The notes under the pieces: model-generated
Seen by the model: only the letters and a program-made list of their open reading frames with translations
The model's database searches: none
Told to the model about the DNA's origin: nothing
NCBI GenBank assembly: GCA_010909165.1
Contig: VJWM01000284.1
Coordinates: 1 to 64,000 of the forward strand
Length of the DNA stretch: 64,000 nucleotides
Direction: 5' to 3'
From: Anthoceros angustus
Lineage: Eukaryota > Plantae > Anthocerotophyta
Program-made: the position numbers and the translations under genes
Part shown: piece by piece, positions 59,878-64,000 of the stretch
How positions within the stretch are numbered: position 1 is the first letter of the stretch
Layout of the letters: each line of letters starts with the position of its first letter

Positions 59878-62800
59878 CATGGAAACTTGCACTACTTTCG
59901 CAGCCTTTCTCATTCTCGGGCCATTAGTTTCGACTCTTTGGATAGCTGGCGTCTGCGTGTATGGGGAGTTCAGTGTTTGTGACACGTCCTTGGGCGGCAA
60001 ACATCCTGCTCACATACAAGCTAACCCGGATACGGCGAGCTCTGATGGAGTCTTACACTGCTTTAGGGATTCTCCTTTTCTCTTTCTACTTGAGAGCAGC
60101 AATTTTGCCTCTCAGAGATAGTCAATTTTTTTGGACCCTTTGCGTCCATAGCTGCAGTTGCACGTTTCCACCAGAAGCTTTGGTGTAAAGAGTGGAGAAC
60201 AACAGACGAACAAAGCCAGTCTTCCAGGCATCTCACTGTAGGAGTAACTTTTCTGCTGCTCACTGTAGGACTGATGTTTCTGCTGCTACCTTCGCGTGCA
60301 TTTGAGGGTTTTGTAAAACTAGTTGGTGACCATCCTGCCAAGCAAGTGACTGGATTACTTACTGGTCAATTTACGTATGAAGCCATCTCGTGTAAGGGAT
60401 TGTTTCGAACACGCTCGCTACATGGGCAGACTTTTCTGTAGTGTCGTCGTATTGGCGTGGTTTTATCAGGCTCGCAAGTTTCTAATCACGGTTAAGACCG
60501 TGCAGTTCATGAACAGCTGGTCAAACATCGAATGGCCTGTTGAACTGGAGATTAAATACGTTCGCTTGCTGGAACGATCCGACGGAAAACACCGTGGTTC
60601 TCAGCCGTGACCAAGAACCATTTCCCCGGATGGCAGTTGGGAGGAAACCAATCACCGCTACAGGGTACATTAATATTTGCACAATATGCATACATCATCG
60701 ACATCGCAATGGAACATGGGACAACTGACTTAAGTTCACATCAGATGCTAAGCACACTCCCTTCTCTTACAACAACCTCCTATTACAACTGCTTGCTGAC
60801 ATTACCCCGACTCCCGCATAACACCAGGTGAGTACTCGTTACTCTTCCTTCATTCTCACGGCCGACCCTTATAACTGCAACAACCAGCTTCAAATCAACG
60901 CCACGGTACCCATCCGGTGACAACAATCTCTCTTCTCAACTCTGGACACGATCGGTGCACCCGTGGCAGTCACTGCACATGCGTAGATTCCTCGTTACCA
61001 GAAGAAGGCTACAACTCGAAGTGTTAAAGAGACCAAACGCCTGAGGTATCTCCCGGAATGCCCGCAACGCATATCTCCCTTCCCCTTCTCAGACAGTAGT
61101 TTCAACACCAACTTTGTCTGTAGTACGTGGCTCCTTCCTCCTTCGGATGTCCACTCATTCTCTCTACCTTGAGCGTGTTTTACCTCTACAAACGTACATA
61201 CCTTCTTCTGCACCTCCACGCCCGGCACTGCAGATTTCTCGTTAGCTCCTGCTACGCTTCTCTGTGTTTCAATCTCCTCTACATTGCTCCACTTACATGT
61301 ATCTGCATTGATATCTTCAAAGGGACCCGGCTACTTCCGAGTTCCTTCCTTTGCGGAAATGCCTCAGAAATTGTTCTTACAGTCCAAGTTCGACAAGGAG
61401 TTCTATGATTGTGTCGGCGAAGACTATACTATATGCTTCACCAATTTCAAGCGCCAGCCCACACCTGTCTACAACCTGGCCTGAAACACTTGAGCAACTT
61501 ACCCAGTCGTCCTTACTTGGGGAATGGGGATGTCTATGACCTCTTTCGGTTTTGTTTCCAGCCCAGCCTGGATGCCCGGGTATGACATGGAAACTTGCAC
61601 TACTTTCGCAGCCTTTCTCATTCTCAGGCCATTAGTTTCGACTCTTTGGATAGCTGGCGTCTGCGTGTATGGGGAGTTCAGTGTTTGTGACACGTCCTTG
61701 GGCGGCAAACATCCTGCTCACATACAAGCTAACCCGGATACGGCGAGCTCTGATGGAGTCTTACACTGCTTTAGGGATTCTCCTTCTCTTTCTACTTGAG
61801 AGCAGCAATTTTGCCTCTCAGAGATAGTCAATTTTTGGACCCTTTGCGTCCATAGCTGCAGTTGCACGTTTCACCAGAAGCTTTGGTGTAAAGAGTGGAG
61901 AACAACAGACGAACAAAGCCAGTCTTCCAGGCATCTCACTGTAGGAGTAACTTTTCTGCTGCTCACTGTAGGACTGATGTTTCTGCTGCTACCTTCGCGT
62001 GCATTTGAGGGTTTTGTAAAACTAGTTGGTGACCATCCTGCCAAGCAAGTGACTGGATTACTTACTGGTCAATTTACGTATGAAGCCATCTCGTGTAAGG
62101 GATTGTTTCGAACACGCTCGCTACATGGGCAGACTTTTCTGTAGTGTCGTCGTATTGGCGTGGTTTTATCAGGCTCGCAAGTTTCTAATCACGGTTAAGA
62201 CCGTGCAGTCTATGAACAGCTGGTCAAACATCGAATGGCCTGTTGAACTGGAGATTAAATACGTTCGCTTGCTGGAACGATCCGACGGAAAACACCGTGG
62301 TTCTCAGCCGTGACCAAGAACCATTTCCCCGGATGGCAGTTGGGAGGAAACCAATCACCGCTACAGGGTACATTAATATTTGCACAATATGCATACATCA
62401 TCGACATCGCAATGGAACATGGGACAACTGACTTAAGTTCACATCAGATGCTAAGCACACTCCCTTCTCTTACAACAACCTCCTATTACAACTGCTTGCT
62501 GACATTACCCTGACTCCGCATAACACCAGGTGAGTACTCGTTACTCTTCCTTCATTCTCACGGCCGACCCTTATAACTGCAACAACCAGCTTCAAATCAA
62601 CGCCACGGTACCCATCCGGTGACAACAATCTCTCTTCTCAACTCTGGACACGATCGGTGCACCCGTGGCAGTCACTGCACATGCGTAGATTCCTCGTTAC
62701 CAGAAGAAGGCTACAACTCGAAGTGTTAAAGAGACCAAACGCCTGAGGTATCTCCCGGAATGCCCGCAACGCATATCTCCCTTCCCCTTCTCAGACAGTA

Positions 62801-63016
62801 GTTTCAACACCAACTTTGTCTGTAGTACGTGGCTCCTTCCTCCTTCGGATGTCCACTCATTCTCTCTACCTTGAGCGTGTTTTACCTCTACAAACGTACA
62901 TACCTTCTTCTGCACCTCCACGCCCGGCACTGCAGATTTCTCGTTAGCTCCTGCTACGCTTCTCTGTGTTTCAATCTCCTCTACATTGCTCCACTTACAT
63001 GTATCTGCATTGATAT
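59600..63016. repeat. Tandem duplication TD5, ~1711-bp unit x2, overlapping TD4
   Basis: ATATCTTCAAA(A)GGGACCCGG at 59600 and 61311; junction GCATT(C/G)ATAT. Confidence 0.95.
60856..61310 (-). pseudogene. Duplicated DYW:KP/GRP-like C-terminal fragment
   Basis: Reverse complement gives HVLQTKLVLKLLSEKGKGDMRCGH, NLRMCSDCHG and FEAGCCSYKGRP*. Confidence 0.8.
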
Positions 63017-64000
63017 TGGCCATGAGGGGGTATGCGGACACCTGCTGATAGTCCAATCAACAGAGCTTTTCAGAACATCGGATCACCCTCTCAATATCCC
63101 CGTGACTTTCGAGGGCATTCAGCATATCGATTTGCTTTGCGCTGACATAAAAATAGCATGTTCTCTGCCGCATCTGAATGGCCTGCACTTGTCATGCTCC
63201 ATGGTCGGTTGATGCCATGCTACCATAGAATCGAAGTACTTGCGACCCTGTTTCATCAGTCCCTCATGACGGCATGCTGCTAAAAGGCAAGTGAAAGTAG
63301 CATGCTAGCATTTGGCTGAACGCCAGGGACTAACATATCCTCTATAGCAAGCTAGAGTGTCGTGATCTTCAACACAGGTACCACACCCAGCAATCAGGAC
63401 CGTCCATATCACCCACATCCCTAGAGGCCAATCTGTCAAAAACTTGGGATGAATCTTCCAGTTCGGCACATTTCGAATTCCCAACACCGCTACAGTGTCG
63501 TGATCTTCAACACATGTCCCGCACCCAGCAATCAGAACCGTCCATGTTACCCACATCCTTAGAGGCCAATCTGTCAAAAACTTGGCATGAATCTTCCAGT
63601 TTGGCATATTTCGAATTCCCATACATGTTCACCAGGCAGGTGCCCAACAGTATGCTATCTAGCTGCCTTCTTTCCACAATCTGCGAGTGCAGCTGCCTGC
63701 CCCATCTGTAAGGCACCGGCACTTGCACAGGGCTTCAGAACGCAACCTCTAAAGTCATGGGGCGGCCACAACAAGGCCTTCCTGCTCCATTGTCCGTAAT
63801 GAAGAAACGCCTCTTGGCCGAGCCCTTGCTGTGTGCATACCCAGCAAGCAGCACGATCGTGTCACAACATTCCTTATCGCCATAAATAACCCGGCATGAA
63901 CCGTCCAGTTCGCCTCATCTTGCAGACATGTTCACTAGGCAGTTGGCCACCTAGTGACAAGGCCGTCCACCTCCCCTGGAAGCAGCTGCCAGCCCTTCTG
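62558..64000 (-). pseudogene. Degenerate PLS-PPR-E-DYW:KP/GRP-like gene, running off the window edge
   Basis: GRQLHSQIVERRQLDSILLGTCLVNMY, VFDRLASKDV, SAYPLMANINAD, EKSAVPGVEV (degenerate KPAxAxIEV), CGHSGR (catalytic Glu lost as assembled) and GRP*. Confidence 0.85.

Larger units (their letters stand above)
57151..60115. repeat. Tandem duplication TD4, ~1482-bp unit x2
   Basis: CAGCAGCTTTTT(T)CGGGCGATT at 57151 and 58633; junction GCCTC(G/T)CAG. Confidence 0.95.

Overview
Eukaryotic plant nuclear DNA, most likely a hornwort such as Anthoceros. This is inferred from GRP-ending DYW:KP PPR genes, a flagellar-type coiled-coil gene, short introns and tight gene spacing. Layout: (1) 1-5 kb, degenerate Copia/LTR debris; (2) 5-22 kb, a compact gene block with tRNA-Ile(AAT), a SpoU/TrmH methyltransferase, a small Cys-rich protein, RUS3/DUF647, an AlkB dioxygenase, a BTB-NPH3 gene, a CCDC151/ODA-docking-complex-like gene and a beta-carbonic anhydrase; (3) 23-26 kb, an AT-rich island with an intronless kinase; (4) 27-33 kb, PLS-PPR genes ending in DYW:KP/GRP (U-to-C editing type), the first carrying an N-terminal OSB 'PDF' ssDNA-binding motif; (5) 33-49 kb, a TE nest with a Copia element carrying an antisense ORF and a decayed bacterial-type beta-class N6/N4 DNA methyltransferase; (6) 50-64 kb, DHAR, F-box/kelch genes and another DYW:KP-like pseudogene. 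Five near-identical 1.2-2.1 kb tandem duplications, mostly with microhomology junctions, lie between 28 and 63 kb. Many frameshifts fall in homopolymers, so the sequence is probably an imperfectly polished long-read assembly and some 'pseudogenes' may be intact. All homology calls are motif recognition by eye, not database searches.
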